Positions 1 to 13,250 of a DNA stretch of 64,000 nucleotides are shown piece by piece (position 1 is the first letter of the stretch; every line of letters starts with the position of its first letter). A program made the position numbers and the translations under genes. Under the pieces are notes generated by a model. It did not search any database. It was not told where the DNA came from and saw nothing but the letters and a program-made list of their open reading frames with translations. Source of the stretch: Escherichia coli (GTDB taxonomy: Bacteria > Pseudomonadota > Gammaproteobacteria > Enterobacterales > Enterobacteriaceae); the NCBI RefSeq assembly GCF_003334785.1, contig NZ_QOWV01000011.1; one strand, 5' to 3'.

Positions 1-1103
1 TGCGGCCAGGCCGACGCGCCAAAATCCATACCTGGTTCAAAGGTATAGGCACGCCAGTAGAAGCAGACGGCATACATAATAAAGCTGAAGGTTACCAGCC
101 GCCGCATATCCAGTTTATGCGCGAAGCGGCCGATAATCGGCGACAGGATCACCGGAATAATCCCTACCGGCGCAGAGGCCAAACCTGCCCAGGTCGCCGT
201 GTAACCGTAGACCTCCTGCAACAACTGCGGCAGCAGAACAATAGCGCCGAAGTAGAGCATATACGCGAGGCTGATACACAAGCAGCCGATGGTGAAGTTG
301 CGCGACTTAAACAACGACAGATCGACTATCGGGTTATCGTCGGTCAGCTCCCAGACAATCAGGAAGCAGATAGCCACCACCGCCACCACGGTAAGGATGA
401 TAATTTCCTGTGATGAAAACCAGTCCAGCTCTTTACCGCGGTCGAGCATAATCTGCAGGCTGCCGATACCAATAACCAGCAGTGCCAGCCCCACGGCATC
501 AATCCGCCGCCGTTCGGTGCGGGTTTCACGTCCGCGCAGAGTTTGCAGTGTCATCAACACCACCGCCACGCCAATCGGCACGTTGATGAAGAATATCCAG
601 CCCCAGTGGTAATTATCGCTGATATAACCGCCGAGGATCGGGCCGCAAATTGGCGCGACAATCACCGTCATCGACCACAACGCCAGCGCGATCGAGCGTT
701 TGGCTGGCGGGTAGTTATTCAGCAATAGACTTTGCGAAAGCGGGATCAACGGCCCGGCGACAATCCCCTGAATCACGCGGAAGAAGATCAGCATATTCAG
801 GCTGCTGGAGACACCACACGCCCACGACGCAATAGCAAAGGCGATGGTGGACCAAAGGAACAGTTTCACTTCCCCGACGCGCTTTGCCAGCCAGCCGGTA
901 AGCGGGATCGAGATGGCATTCGCCACCCCGAAAGAAGTGATTACCCACGTTCCCTGGCTGAGCGATGAGCCCAGATTCCCGGCGATAGTGGGGATCGCCA
1001 CGTTAGCAATGGTGGAGTCCAGCACCTGCATGAATGTCGCCAGTGACAGCGCAATCGTCATAATGACCAGTTGCGCGCCTTCCAGCGGTTTTTGCTGTTG
1101 CAT
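1..1103 (-). CDS. emrB: Multidrug efflux MFS permease EmrB, partial (N-terminal ~367 codons; 3' end of gene lies before window start)
   Basis: Reverse-strand translation begins MQQQKPLEGAQLVIMT at the CAT (ATG) at 1101-1103 and runs off the window start; matches E. coli EmrB as I recall it; directly downstream of emrA as in K-12. Confidence 0.9.
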   Translation of the reverse strand, partial: MQQQKPLEGAQLVIMTIALSLATFMQVLDSTIANVAIPTIAGNLGSSLSQGTWVITSFGVANAISIPLTGWLAKRVGEVKLFLWSTIAFAIASWACGVSSSLNMLIFFRVIQGIVAGPLIPLSQSLLLNNYPPAKRSIALALWSMTVIVAPICGPILGGYISDNYHWGWIFFINVPIGVAVVLMTLQTLRGRETRTERRRIDAVGLALLVIGIGSLQIMLDRGKELDWFSSQEIIILTVVAVVAICFLIVWELTDDNPIVDLSLFKSRNFTIGCLCISLAYMLYFGAIVLLPQLLQEVYGYTATWAGLASAPVGIIPVILSPIIGRFAHKLDMRRLVTFSFIMYAVCFYWRAYTFEPGMDFGASAWP

Positions 1104-1119
1104 CACACGCACCTCTGGA

Positions 1120-2292
1120 TTAGCCAGCGTTAGCTTTTACGATATCGTCGATCAGTTTATTGACAGGTGCCAGGCTGATTTCACGCGCGGTGCTTACCGC
1201 TACCGGAGTGGAACGTACTTTATTTGCCAGTACCTGACCGTCACGGTTAGTGGTATTGACGCTCACCAGCGTGGACAAACCGATACGCAGCGGATATTGC
1301 TCCAGCTGTTTCTGGTCCAGTTCGATACGCACAGGCAGACGCTGAACGACTTTGATCCAGTTACCGGTCGCATTTTGCGCTGGAAGCAGTGAGAACGCGC
1401 TACCTGTGCCCATATCCAGACCAACCACTTTACCGGTGTATTTCACATCATCGCCGTAAATATCCGTGGTGATAGTGACCGGCTGACCGATACGCATATT
1501 GGCAATCTGCGTCTCTTTAAAGTTGGCATCCACCCACATATTGGTGGCTGGAACGACCGCCATCAGCGGCGTCGTTGGGCTAATTTGCGCCCCAGGCTGT
1601 ACCGCGCGGCGGGAGACATAACCGGTCATCGGACTGATAATACGAGTACGCTCCAGCGCCAGCCAGGCGTTACGTACTTCGGTGGCAGCCTGTTGCACGG
1701 CTGGCTGATCTTCCAGTTTAGTCCCCAGAATCATCGCCTGATTGGCATTGTATTGTTGAATCGCGACGTCCAGTTGCGCCTGGGCACTGGTGACGGCGTC
1801 GCGGGCGTGTTGCAGCTCTTCGCGACCAATCAGGTTGGCATTGCCCAGCGGCACACGGCGGTTGTAGTCGCTTTGTGCTTTCGCGAGGGCGATTTTCTGC
1901 ACCTCAATATTCGCCTGCAACTGCTTGCTGTTAATCATCAGCTGGTGGGTTTGGCGAACGCTGGAAGCCAGTGCAGTTTTGGCTTTTTCAAACGCCTGGC
2001 GAGCATCTGTCGGGTCGAGAGTGACCAGCACGTCGCCTTCTTTTACAAAATCGGTGTTATCGGCCCAGACTTTCGTCACGCTGCCAGACACCTGAGACAT
2101 AATTTGAATTTGATTCCCTGCCACGTATGCGTCATCGGTTTCTTCGAAGTGACGCAGTACCAAAAACCAATAAATCCCTATCGCTACGGCAATAATTATA
2201 AAGAGCAAGGTGAGAAGGAGGAGCAGACGCTTACGTTTGCCGCTCTTCTTTACCGGTTGCTGCGGGGTTTGAGTCTCCGCATTTGCGCTCAT
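1120..2292 (-). CDS. emrA: Multidrug efflux membrane fusion protein EmrA
   Basis: ORF track 1120..2304; true start taken at MSANAETQTPQQ (ATG 2290-2292, GGAGAA RBS upstream), giving 390 aa; sequence and synteny match EmrA. Confidence 0.93.
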   Translation of the reverse strand: MSANAETQTPQQPVKKSGKRKRLLLLLTLLFIIIAVAIGIYWFLVLRHFEETDDAYVAGNQIQIMSQVSGSVTKVWADNTDFVKEGDVLVTLDPTDARQAFEKAKTALASSVRQTHQLMINSKQLQANIEVQKIALAKAQSDYNRRVPLGNANLIGREELQHARDAVTSAQAQLDVAIQQYNANQAMILGTKLEDQPAVQQAATEVRNAWLALERTRIISPMTGYVSRRAVQPGAQISPTTPLMAVVPATNMWVDANFKETQIANMRIGQPVTITTDIYGDDVKYTGKVVGLDMGTGSAFSLLPAQNATGNWIKVVQRLPVRIELDQKQLEQYPLRIGLSTLVSVNTTNRDGQVLANKVRSTPVAVSTAREISLAPVNKLIDDIVKANAG

Positions 2293-2418
2293 ATTGTTCT
2301 CCACGATCTTCTTAACTCATCGGCTGAGCCGACCTGCTTGCCAAAAAGGCCAGCATGTTGCGATGCTGGCCAGTCATTTTTTCTTTTATAAATCTGGATT
2401 TTTGAGCGAGATGACGCG

Positions 2419-2949
2419 TTAGCTCATCGCTTCGAGAACCACACCGTCTTGTTCCATCTGGTCGAGACGGGAGAGCAATTTGCGGGTGATTTGCTCGAGC
2501 TGATCTTTTTCTGTTGTGCTGAGCGCGGACCAGAGTTGATGCAGGCAGTTATGCTGCGGTGGTAAAACCTCGCGCAAAAACTCGTGACCTTTTTCCGTTA
2601 ATTGCAGATGCAGGCAGCGGCGATCGTTATCGCTTTCACGACGTTCGATCCAACCGCGTTTTTCCAGTTCATCGGCAATACGCGTCGCGTTGGTACGGGA
2701 TGATCCAAGAGCACAACTTAATTCAGAAGGCTGAATACTGTGGTTTTCCTGAGACTCCAGCGTAATCAACGCCATAAACAACGTCTCGTTAATCCCCTGA
2801 GCCTTCAGCATTTTATTGCGGTTCTCCAGCAGCTTGCTTTGCATGTGCATGCAAAGACGAGTCAGAAGGATCTCCTGATAAGGAAAATCTTCGTGGCGGC
2901 TGGCGCGAAATTTTAGCATTTGTTCAATGGGCGTAAACGAACTATCCAT
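2419..2949 (-). CDS. mprA: MarR-family repressor of emrAB (MprA/EmrR)
   Basis: 176-aa [29 protein letters not shown]...; identical in length and N-terminus to MprA; lies upstream of emrA. Confidence 0.93.
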
Positions 2950-3039
2950 TTGGGTATGACCTCATTAATTTCAGCCGATATAGTAACGACAGTGACAAAT
3001 AAAGTAAATGTATTGTTTTAGAAAAATGATTCTTGTGGG

Positions 3040-3375
3040 TTATATAATCGCCATCACTTTCCAGGCGAGCCCATAGGCCAGCGCACTAAGCAGTGTTGGG
3101 ATGATAATGCTGCGTGTTTTATAGAAACTGGCACCCAGTACCGCGAAGCCGACCAGCGTGGGCACGAAACGGCGTGTATCGTGCATCACTTCTGGTGCGG
3201 TAGAGACAACCAGCAGAGCGCATATCGAGGCGATGCCAATGGTGTCGAGCAAAATACCTACCGCGCCACGTTTGGTTGGGCGGGCATTACCCACACGCAG
3301 GCGCAGCGGCAAATAGCGGAAGCAATAATTCGCCACGCCAACTAGTAACCCAAGCAGCAGAACCTCATAGCTCAT
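3040..3375 (-). CDS. ygaH: L-valine exporter small subunit YgaH (AzlD-like)
   Basis: 111-aa hydrophobic ORF overlapping the ygaZ stop; position and length match K-12 ygaH. Confidence 0.88.
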
Positions 3376-4102
3376 CGGGCGCTCCTTGCCAGAATGCCTG
3401 GATTAACGCAGTGAGGCAGCCACAGACAATGCCTGCCAGAATGGCGACGGGAATAGAAAATAGCGTTACGCCTGCAAGGGCACCAACTAACGCTGCGGTA
3501 ACGCAAAGAGATTGTTTGCGCTGGAAAGAGGCGAGCAGGAAACTCATAAAGAGTGCCGGAAGCATAAAACCTAATGCAGCTTCAACGGCGGGATAACCTT
3601 GCAGCAAGCCGCTGCCGGAGAATGCCCCTATTACCGTACCAAATACCCACGATGACCATGAACTGAAGGCAATGCCGATCATCCAGTTCTCGCTCCAGCG
3701 GCGATTATTGCGTACCAGTTTTGCGGTTGCGGCGGCAAAAACCTCATCCGTCAGGCCAAACGCCCACAGGGCGGTTTTCGATTTTTGCAGACGCTGAATA
3801 ATACGGCTACGCAGTGACGGGCCATACAACACATGGCGAACATCCATTGCCATGACGGTCAGTGCAGCAATCCACAAACTACTCCCGGCTGCCAGCATCG
3901 CGGTAATGACGAACTGGCTCGCGCCTGCATAAATGATGCAGGAGAAAAAAACGCTTTCGAGAGGAGAGAATCCCAGACGGGTCGCATTCAGACCGAACGC
4001 AAAGGCCACCGGAATATAACTAATAACAATCGGTAAACTGTCTTTGCATCCTTCCATGAAGGTCGCCGAACCAGGAGCAGGCTGTGGAGTAGGGCTTTCC
4101 AT
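3365..4102 (-). CDS. ygaZ: L-valine exporter large subunit YgaZ (AzlC-like)
   Basis: 245-aa membrane ORF; synteny ygaZ-ygaH next to mprA. Confidence 0.88.
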
Positions 4103-4225
4103 AGAGTGTACGCTTAACGATTGTTAATATTATAAATAGACTGAATGAATATCTTAACCTTATCAGACTGATGGGCTTCTTAACACCCTTATAAGTGTAA
4201 AGCCACGAAAACGGTTGCTGATTGC

Positions 4226-5410
4226 TTAATTTGCGGCTTCCTGACGATGAAAACCTCGCCACCAGACCAGTAAGTTAACCAGGGCAATCGTCGCGCCAGC
4301 CAGACAAACGCCAGCCCAACCGCCATGTTGCCAGGCTGAGGCTGAAATTAGCGAACCGGCGGCACCGCCAATAAAGTAGCTAGTCATGTAACCTGCGGTC
4401 AGGCGATTGCGCGCATCAGGATGTATCCGATAAATTACCGTCTGGTTAGTGATATGCACGCCCTGCACGGTGAGATCCAGCACCAGGATTCCGATAATCA
4501 ACGCCAGTACGGAAGTGTGACCAAACCAGATCGCCAGCCATGAAAGTAATAGCAGCAGCAGACCGAAAGTTGTGGTGTGGTGCGATTTGCCCTTATCGGC
4601 AAAACCGCCCGCCGGACGAGCGCCCAACGCTCCGGCAGCTCCCGCAAGTCCAAACAGACCAATGACACCATCGCTGTAGTTAAAAGGTGGAGCGGCAAGC
4701 AAAAAGGCCATTGAGGTCCAGAGAATGCTGAAATTGGCAAAGGTCAGGCAGCCCAGCAACGCGCGGGTACGCAGAATTTTATCGCTGATAAACATACTGA
4801 AAACGGAACCCAACAACTGTGGGTAGTTGAGGTGGGTTTCTGATTTCATTTGTGGCAGACCACGCCATAATGCCAGCGCCATCAGTGCCATTAACACCGA
4901 AGCAACCCAAAAGACGGTGCGCCAGCCGCCGAGATTCGCCAGCAATCCGGCAACTGTCCGTGCCAGCAAGATCCCCAACAGCAGACCGCTCATAATAGTG
5001 CCAACCACTTTGCCGCGTTTATCCGGTGAAGCCAGCGTCGCTGCCAGCGGAACCAGAATTTGTGCCACGACTGAGAATAAACCGGTTAATGCCGTACCGA
5101 GGATCATCATCGCCAGCGACTGACTGCTGGCGGTAATCAACATGCCGCATGCCGCCAGTAAGGTCATCGAGACAATCAGGCGGCGGCGTTCAAACATATC
5201 ACCGAGGGGAACAAGAAACAGTAGACCTGCGGCATAGCCCAACTGCGCGGCGGTAACAATAAAGCCTGCCGAACTGGCGGAAAGGGAAAAGTTACGCGCG
5301 ATGGTGTCGAGCAATGGCTGGGCGTAATAGTTACTGGCTACCGCCAGACCGGTGGCGATAGACATCAGCACGATCAGCGCCGGGCTAAGCTCATGATTAG
5401 GTTTAGTCAT
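4226..5410 (-). CDS. ygaY: MFS transporter YgaY (intact here)
   Basis: 394-aa uninterrupted ORF with 12-TM-like hydrophobic profile; positioned between proX and ygaZ where ygaY lies in K-12. Confidence 0.85.
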   Translation of the reverse strand: MTKPNHELSPALIVLMSIATGLAVASNYYAQPLLDTIARNFSLSASSAGFIVTAAQLGYAAGLLFLVPLGDMFERRRLIVSMTLLAACGMLITASSQSLAMMILGTALTGLFSVVAQILVPLAATLASPDKRGKVVGTIMSGLLLGILLARTVAGLLANLGGWRTVFWVASVLMALMALALWRGLPQMKSETHLNYPQLLGSVFSMFISDKILRTRALLGCLTFANFSILWTSMAFLLAAPPFNYSDGVIGLFGLAGAAGALGARPAGGFADKGKSHHTTTFGLLLLLLSWLAIWFGHTSVLALIIGILVLDLTVQGVHITNQTVIYRIHPDARNRLTAGYMTSYFIGGAAGSLISASAWQHGGWAGVCLAGATIALVNLLVWWRGFHRQEAAN

Positions 5411-5511
5411 TATTTTTGTTCATCAGGTGATGATTAAGCTGGAAATCAATAATAGCGGATGTTGATGAATATGGGATGAAAGATAGATTGTTGAAATGTG
5501 CGATGTGGTTT

Positions 5512-5592
5512 GTAGGCATGATAAGACGCGCCAGCGTCGCATCAGGCATTGTGCACAGAACGGCGGATGCGGCAAAAACGCCTTATCCGCCC
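5512..5592. repeat. REP (repetitive extragenic palindrome) pair in the ygaY-proX intergenic region
   Basis: gtaggcatgataagacgcgccagcgtcgcatcaggc and cggcggatgcggcaaaaacgccttatccgccc match the enterobacterial REP consensus family. Confidence 0.75.
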
Positions 5593-5601
5593 GAATAAAA
5601 A

Positions 5602-6594
5602 TTACTTCTGCGCTGCCAGCGCCTCATTCACCCAGCCATCGAACTGCTGCTGGTGGGCTTTGATCCAACCATCAACGTGTCCCTGAATATCGCCTTCTGA
5701 GGCTTTGCCGTCATGCATAATGGCGTTCTGGGCGTTAATATCTGCCACTGGCAACTGCATAATGGCAAACAGTTTCGCTGCTGCCGGGTTTTTCTCAGCC
5801 CAGGCTTTGTTGGCAACGATATGCATGGTGCTGACCGGGAAGCCATAATTCGCACCATTCGGCAGTTTGGTATCGGCGTTTTTATCGCCCGGCAGTGCGG
5901 AGAACGGCACCTGCAACCAGACGACATCTTTGCCCGGCTTCAGTTCGTTACTCACCCAGTACGGCGTCCAGGTGTAATAAAACACCGGTTTGCCCTCTTT
6001 GTAGCGACTGATGGTGTCGGCCATCATCGCTGCGTAGTTCCCCTGATTATGCGTCACGGTGTTGGTCAGTTCATACGCGGCAAGCTGGTGGTTGATCGCA
6101 CCTTCGCAGCCCCAGCCAGGGTTACAACCGGTTAAATCCGCTTTTCCGTCGCCGTTGGTATCGAACAGTTTGGCGATCTTCGGATCTTTCAGTTGTGCGA
6201 TGTTGGTGATTTTGTACTGGTCGGCGGTTTTCTTATCGATCAGGTAACCCTGTGCCGCGCCGTTAACAAATACCCCTTCACGATAAAATTTCTTATCGCC
6301 ACCGGCAGCTTCGTACATGTTGTCATGCAGTGGCGTCCAGTTCACGGCGGTGAAGGTTGCATCGCCGGAAGCAAGCGAGGTGTAGCCAACGTTGTAATCT
6401 ACTTCGCTGGGTTTGTTGACGGTATAACCTAATTTCTCCAGCGCACGACTGACCAGCAGCGTCTGGAAGGTTTCTTCAGTGATGGTGCTCTGAACTGGAT
6501 TAACAGTAATGCCTTTGCCCGGCAGATCGGCAGCAAAAGTTTGTGTAGAGATAAGCGTGGCAAACGCTGTCGCAAAAAGTACGCTATGTCGCAT
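5602..6594 (-). CDS. proX: Glycine betaine/proline ABC transporter periplasmic binding protein ProX
   Basis: ORF track 5602..6636; start placed at [21 protein letters not shown] (signal peptide), giving 330 aa as in ProX; follows proW. Confidence 0.92.
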
Positions 6595-6651
6595 TGTTAT
6601 TCCTTTTTTTGGCAGGGTGATAATGCCCGGCGTCACCGGGCAAGTGCAGAG

Positions 6652-7716
6652 TTACTTAATGAATGGGCGGGTCAGCAGACCAACAGGGCCAGTGGTGTAC
6701 CAGCGACGGTTGCCGCGACTGCGTGAGTCGCGCCCAACGGCCTGCGTCAGACGATCGAGGATAATGGCGAGGATCACAATCCCGACGCCGCCAACGGTGG
6801 CAAGCCCCATATCCAGACGACCGATACCGCGAAGTACCATCTGACCCAACCCGCCGACGGCAATCATCGAGGCGATGACCACCATAGAAAGGGCCAGCAT
6901 CAGCGTCTGGTTAACGCCCGCCATAATGGTCGGCATCGCCAGCGGTAACTGAACTTTGAACAGCATCTGGCGCGGGCTGGCACCGAATGAGCGCGAGGCT
7001 TCAATCAGATCCGCCGGAACCTGGTTAATCCCCAGAATGGTCAGACGGATAATCGGCGGCAGAGCAAAGATGATCGTCACCACCACGCCCGGCACGTTAC
7101 CGATACCAAATAGCATGACGATTGGCACCAGATAAACAAACGCTGGCGTGGTCTGCATGGCATCAAGCAGTGGACGAATAATTTTCGCCGCTCGCGGACT
7201 TCTCGCCAGCCATATCCCCAACGGCAAACCGATGACGATACAGAACAGCAGGGCGGTTAACACCAGCGCCAGAGTCACCATTGCCTGCGACCAGGCACCG
7301 ATTGCGCCGATGGCAATCAGCGAAACCAGCGTCGCCACACCCATTCCGACCCCGGAAATCTGCCAGGCGATGAGAGCGAAAACGATAATCGCCACCGGTG
7401 CGGGCATACCCAGCAGCAATTGCTGGAAACCGTTGAGGATATAATCAACCGGAACGCGCACGCCCTGGAAGACGGGACGGAAATGGGTAACGACCCAGTC
7501 GATCCCTTCAGTGACCCAACTGTCGAGCGGGATCAGCGTTTTATGGAACGGATCGAGAATATTAAAATGCTCGACGTTTGGCGCAGGCGTACTGGTCAGC
7601 CAGTCAGCACCACCGCCGTCAGTCGGTGCAGTCGTCGGTGTACCCCAGGCGTCTGCGGATTGCGCGGCACTGTCCGCCGCTGGCGTGGTATCCCACGGAT
7701 TATTTTGATCAGCCAT
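6652..7716 (-). CDS. proW: Glycine betaine/proline ABC transporter permease ProW
   Basis: 354-aa [22 protein letters not shown]...; matches ProW; overlaps proV stop by 8 nt. Confidence 0.93.
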   Translation of the reverse strand: MADQNNPWDTTPAADSAAQSADAWGTPTTAPTDGGGADWLTSTPAPNVEHFNILDPFHKTLIPLDSWVTEGIDWVVTHFRPVFQGVRVPVDYILNGFQQLLLGMPAPVAIIVFALIAWQISGVGMGVATLVSLIAIGAIGAWSQAMVTLALVLTALLFCIVIGLPLGIWLARSPRAAKIIRPLLDAMQTTPAFVYLVPIVMLFGIGNVPGVVVTIIFALPPIIRLTILGINQVPADLIEASRSFGASPRQMLFKVQLPLAMPTIMAGVNQTLMLALSMVVIASMIAVGGLGQMVLRGIGRLDMGLATVGGVGIVILAIILDRLTQAVGRDSRSRGNRRWYTTGPVGLLTRPFIK

Positions 7717-8911
7717 TATTTACCCCCTCACGATCTAAAGCGCGCAGCAGCATTCCTTTCGAAATGATGCCGACATACTGTTGGTCCTCGTCGACCACGG
7801 GCACCGCACAGGGTGCCTGTCCGACATGAGAGAGCAACTCGCTAAGAGGCGTTTGTGCATCGACTGCTAACGGCGCATCAATCAGCGCCGCATCAAGACC
7901 TTGCTGCTGCGTTAACGCGGTTTTAAGCGAATCGATGGAGACTGCGCCGACAAACTTATTACCGCGTTCGATAACGTAGCCATATTCGCGATCTTCATCC
8001 TGCAATAATTTCAGTGCCGAACGTGGGCCGAAGCCAGGGGTTTTACGAATTAAGCCATTCGGTGTCCGGCGGGCAATATCTTTCGCACTGAATACCTGAC
8101 TAATATCAACGCCACGGAAGAAGGTACGGACATAATCATTCGCCGGATTATTGAGAATTTCATCCGGTGTGCCGACCTGTACCACTTCACCATTTTGCAT
8201 AATGGCAATTCGGTCGCCAATACGCATGGCTTCATCAAGATCGTGGGAAATAAAGACAATGGTGCGCTGATGTTTCGCCTGTAATTTTACCAGCTCATCC
8301 TGCATCTCGGTGCGAATTAATGGATCGAGCGCCGAGAAGGCTTCGTCCATTAATAATATATCCGGATTAATCGCTAACGCGCGGGCTAATCCCACACGTT
8401 GACGCATCCCGCCAGAGAGTTCATCCGGGTAGCTGTGGGCATAATTTTCCAGCCCGACCTGACGCAGTGCATCAAGGGCTTTTTCCCGGCGTTCTTCGGC
8501 ATTAATTCCGGCCAATTCCATACCGAACGCAGTATTGTCCAGCACGGTCATATGCGGCATTAAGGCAAAGGACTGGAAGACCATCGCAATCTTTTTTCTG
8601 CGCACCTCACGGAGTTCGGCGTCGGATATTTTGGCAATATCCACACCATCAATCAGCACTTGCCCGCGGGTGGGTTCAATCAGGCGATTGAGAAGGCGTA
8701 CCATTGTGGATTTACCCGAGCCGGATAATCCCATGATGACAAATATCTCGCCTTCTTCAATGGCCAGACTGGCGTCTTTTACGCCAAGCGATAGCCCAGT
8801 TTTTTCCAGAATTTGTTCTTTTGAAAGTCCTTGTTCGATATATTTGAACGCTCGCTGTGGATGCTCGCCAAATATTTTATAAAGATTTTTAATTTCTAAT
8901 TTAATTGCCAT
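7709..8911 (-). CDS. proV: Glycine betaine/proline ABC transporter ATPase ProV
   Basis: ORF track extends to 9184, but the ProV N-terminus [22 protein letters not shown] starts at ATG 8909-8911 (400 aa); Walker [10 protein letters not shown] and C-terminal CBS domains present. Confidence 0.93.
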   Translation of the reverse strand: MAIKLEIKNLYKIFGEHPQRAFKYIEQGLSKEQILEKTGLSLGVKDASLAIEEGEIFVIMGLSGSGKSTMVRLLNRLIEPTRGQVLIDGVDIAKISDAELREVRRKKIAMVFQSFALMPHMTVLDNTAFGMELAGINAEERREKALDALRQVGLENYAHSYPDELSGGMRQRVGLARALAINPDILLMDEAFSALDPLIRTEMQDELVKLQAKHQRTIVFISHDLDEAMRIGDRIAIMQNGEVVQVGTPDEILNNPANDYVRTFFRGVDISQVFSAKDIARRTPNGLIRKTPGFGPRSALKLLQDEDREYGYVIERGNKFVGAVSIDSLKTALTQQQGLDAALIDAPLAVDAQTPLSELLSHVGQAPCAVPVVDEDQQYVGIISKGMLLRALDREGVNNG

Positions 8912-9180
8912 GCAATAGAAAGATTCCTTTATTTGTCTATGTCGATATATTACCCAATGGAAATAGTCACTTTTTTCTACCCTAACATACTGAGAATCTG
9001 AGGCAACCCCTGATGGCAAATGTGGCATGAATATTGATGCGAGCAAATCGCCGGAATTTCCCGTGATATAAGGGCTGAGAGCAAATCGAGAAAGTTGATA
9101 TTTTTTGTCAAAGATAGCGAAAAAACGCCTGAATATTGTGGTTTCAGGCGAATAATGCAACAGAGTATCAGTGTAGATCA
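8912..9180 (-). promoter_or_regulatory. proU (proVWX) osmoregulated promoter region
   Basis: AT-rich 5' region immediately upstream of proV; assignment from established knowledge of proU regulation, no individual -10/-35 mapped by me. Confidence 0.4.
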
Positions 9181-9264
9181 CCACAAATTATTTGCGTGAT
9201 AAAAAGCTATTTGGCGGGAATTATTTCCCTGCTGCGGGTAGTGATATTTTTGAAAATAACACCC

Positions 9265-10233
<969 letters not shown>

Positions 10234-12378
10234 TTAAAGTGCACAGGAGACGCAGCCTTCAATTTCAGTGCCTTCCAGCGCCATCTGACGCAGGCGGATG
10301 TAATAGAGCGTTTTGATACCCTTGCGCCAGGCGTAAATCTGCGCTTTGTTGATATCGCGAGTGGTGGCGGTATCGGGGAAAAAAAGCGTCAGCGACAGCC
10401 CCTGATCGACATGGCGAGTCGCTTCCGCGTAGGTGTCGATGATCTTTTCTGCGCCAATTTCGTAAGCGTCCTGATACAGCGCCAGATTCTCGTTAGTCAT
10501 AAACGGGGCAGGGTAGTAAACGCGTCCTGTTTTGCCCTCTTTGCGTATCTCTACTTTCGCCACAATCGGATGAATACTCGACGTAGCATGGTTGATATAA
10601 GAGATAGAACCGGTTGGCGGCACCGCCTGAAGATTCTGGTTGTATATGCCGTAGCGCATCACGTCGTCGCGCAGCTGCGCCCACATCTCACGGGTAGGTA
10701 ACGTAATACCGCTACGGGTAAACAGTTCGCCAACTTTCGCCGTTTTCGGCTGCCAGTTCCCTTGCAGATATTGGCTAAAATATTCACCACTGGCATAGCG
10801 TGACTGTTTGAACCCGGCGAAGGTTTCACCGCGTTCGCGTGCCAGCAACATCGAGGTACGCAGTGCATGCCAGGTGATGGCATAGAAATAGAGATTGGTG
10901 AAATCCAGTGCTTCCGGCGAACCATAAGCGATGCCTTCTCGCGCCAGATAGCCGTGTAAATTCATCTGCCCCAGTCCGATGGCGTGCGAGGCGGCATTTC
11001 CGGCTTCGATGGACGGCACGCTGCGGATATGACTCATATCTGATACTGCCGTTAAACCGCGCACGGCAGTCTCTACCGTGCGGGCAAAATCGGGGGAATC
11101 CATGGTGTGCGCAATATTCAACGAACCTAAATTGCAGGAAATATCATGGCCTGTGCGGGTATAGTCGAGATTCTCGTCATACTCTGAGGCGCTGTTAACC
11201 TGCAAAATTTCTGAGCAGAGATTACTCATATTTATGCGCCCGGCGATAGGGTTAGCACGGTTTACCGTGTCTTCATACATGATGTAGGGATAGCCGGACT
11301 CAAACTGGATTTCTGCCAGTCGCTGGAAGAAATCACGGGCGTTGAGGTATTTTTTGCGAATGCGTTCATCGGCAACCAGTTCGTCATAGTGTTGGCTGAT
11401 GGCCACATCGGCAAACGGCTTGCCATAAACTCGCTCTACGTCATAAGGCGAAAACAGCGCCATCTGCGCATTCTCTTTTGCCAGATGGAAAGTGATATCC
11501 GGGATCACCACGCCAAGCGACAGTGTTTTAATGCGGATTTTTTCGTCGGCATTTTCCCGTTTCGTGTCGAGAAAACGCAGAATATCGGGATGATGAGCAT
11601 GTAAATAGACTGCACCAGCCCCCTGACGAGCGCCGAGTTGGTTGGCATAGGAAAATGCGTCTTCCAGCATTTTCATCACCGGAATTACGCCAGAAGATTG
11701 ATTTTCAATACGTTTAATTGGCGCGCCCGCTTCTCGCAGATTCGACAGCAAAAATGCTACGCCGCCGCCGCGTTTCGACAGCTGCAGTGCGGAATTTACC
11801 GCCCGACCAATCGACTCCATATTGTCTTCAATACGCAGCAAAAAACAGGAAACCAGTTCGCCGCGCTGCTGCTTACCGCAGTTGAGGAATGTTGGCGTGG
11901 CTGGCTGAAAGCGTCCTGACAGCATTTCATCGGTCAGTTGCAACGCCAGCGTCTCATCGCCTTGTGCCAGCGTCAGCGCCACCATCGTTACTCGATCGGC
12001 AAAATCTTCCAGATAACGTTTACCGTCGAATGTCTTCAACGTATAGCTGGTGTAAAACTTCCATGCCCCGAGGAATGTCTGGAAACGAAAACCGCTGGTG
12101 TGTGCGTGGGCAAACAGCGTAATGACAAAGTCGCGAGAGTAGCGATTAAGAACGCTTTCATCATAGTAACCTTCGTTGACCAGCCAGTTCAGGCGCTGCT
12201 GCTGGCTACTGAAGGTCACACTGTTCGGACGCACATGCGTCGCAATAAAGGCGTCAACGGCCTGGCGGTCTTTATCGAACTGAATGCGACCTGCGCTATC
12301 GTAGAGGTTAAGCATCGCATTCAGCGCGTGGTAATCCATCGTTTCCTGCGTCAGGCATTCTGCGGTTGTCGTTGCCAA
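10234..12378 (-). CDS. nrdE: Class Ib ribonucleotide reductase alpha subunit NrdE
   Basis: 714-aa ORF; RNR alpha features (C-terminal CVSCAL); synteny nrdHIEF. Confidence 0.94.
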
Positions 12379-12761
12379 AATTCGGTTACTCCTTTACGAA
12401 CGTTTTCGATATCGCTTTGCGTACCCATGAGTTCAAAACGGTACAGCCACGGCACGCCGCATTTCCGGGCAATCACATCTCCGGCGCGGCCATACGCCTC
12501 ACCAAAGTTGCGATTACCAGAAGCAATAACGCCGCGAAGCAACGCCCGGTTGTGCTCGTCGTTTAAAAAGCGAATTACCTGTCGTGGCACCGCGCCAGCC
12601 GTACCGCCGCCGCCGTAAGAGGGCACGATCAGGATGTAAGGCTCGTCTACCTGAATCCGTTCCCGCTCATTGAGCGGGATGCGCACCGCGGGCAGACCTA
12701 AACGTTCGATAAAACGCTGCGTGTTTTCGGAGCTGCTGGAGAAGTAGACGAGCTGGCTCAT
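12351..12761 (-). CDS. nrdI: Flavodoxin-like NrdI
   Basis: 136-aa [24 protein letters not shown]...; overlaps nrdE start and nrdH stop. Confidence 0.93.
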
Positions 12762-13003
12762 GCACTGGCCGCGTGTGGCGCTGGATGCAGACGGTTAATC
12801 ATGTCCGGACGGAAACCAGACCAGCTAAGATCGCCAGCAATCACTACCGGCAACTGACGAAAGCCCTGAGCACGCAACGCTTCTGCCGCTTCAGGAACGC
12901 GATCGACATTAATCATTTCAAAATCAAAGCCCCGGTTTTCCATCGCCCGTTTGGTGGCGTGGCACTGAACGCAATCGTTACGAGTGTAAATAGTAATGCG
13001 CAT
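12758..13003 (-). CDS. nrdH: Glutaredoxin-like protein NrdH
   Basis: 81-aa [29 protein letters not shown] with CVQC redox motif. Confidence 0.93.
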
Positions 13004-13190
13004 GATTCGTATTTCCGTTTAAAATGAAGATACGGCGCGATGATACGCGTCGGGTTGTCTCTCTGTTGATACAGAGATACTAGATGTAGTTGAAAAAAGA
13101 TTCAACCACACAATATATAGCAAATAGTGGTCGAAATTACCCTGGATATGAGCGTGACGGGGTAGGGGGATTTTTGTGATTCACCAGGCA

Positions 13191-13220
13191 AAAAGAAACC
13201 CCGAAGACAGGCTTCGGGGT
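13191..13220 (-). terminator. Rho-independent terminator downstream of ygaM
   Basis: Hairpin ccccgaag/cttcgggg (5-nt loop) followed on the minus strand by a T-run (A-run 13191-13199 on plus strand), just 3' of the ygaM stop. Confidence 0.7.
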
Positions 13221-13250
13221 CAAAGACGCGTATTTATTATCATTTTTGCA

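Noticed and set aside
1585-2391. 268-aa plus-strand ORF antisense to emrA (and similar antisense ORFs at 21225..21905 in gabD, 59235..59987 opposite grpE, 62286..62900 opposite ffh, 19561..20319 opposite gabT)
   Set aside because: Each lies entirely within a well-supported conserved gene on the other strand; these are shadow ORFs typical of GC-rich coding DNA.
7709-9184. Extended ORF-track N-termini (proV 491 aa, gabP 487 aa, lhgO 444 aa, csiD 360 aa, integrase 457 aa, ratB 124 aa)
   Set aside because: The longest-ORF extensions run into upstream intergenic DNA; known protein N-termini and RBS positions support the internal starts used in the feature list.
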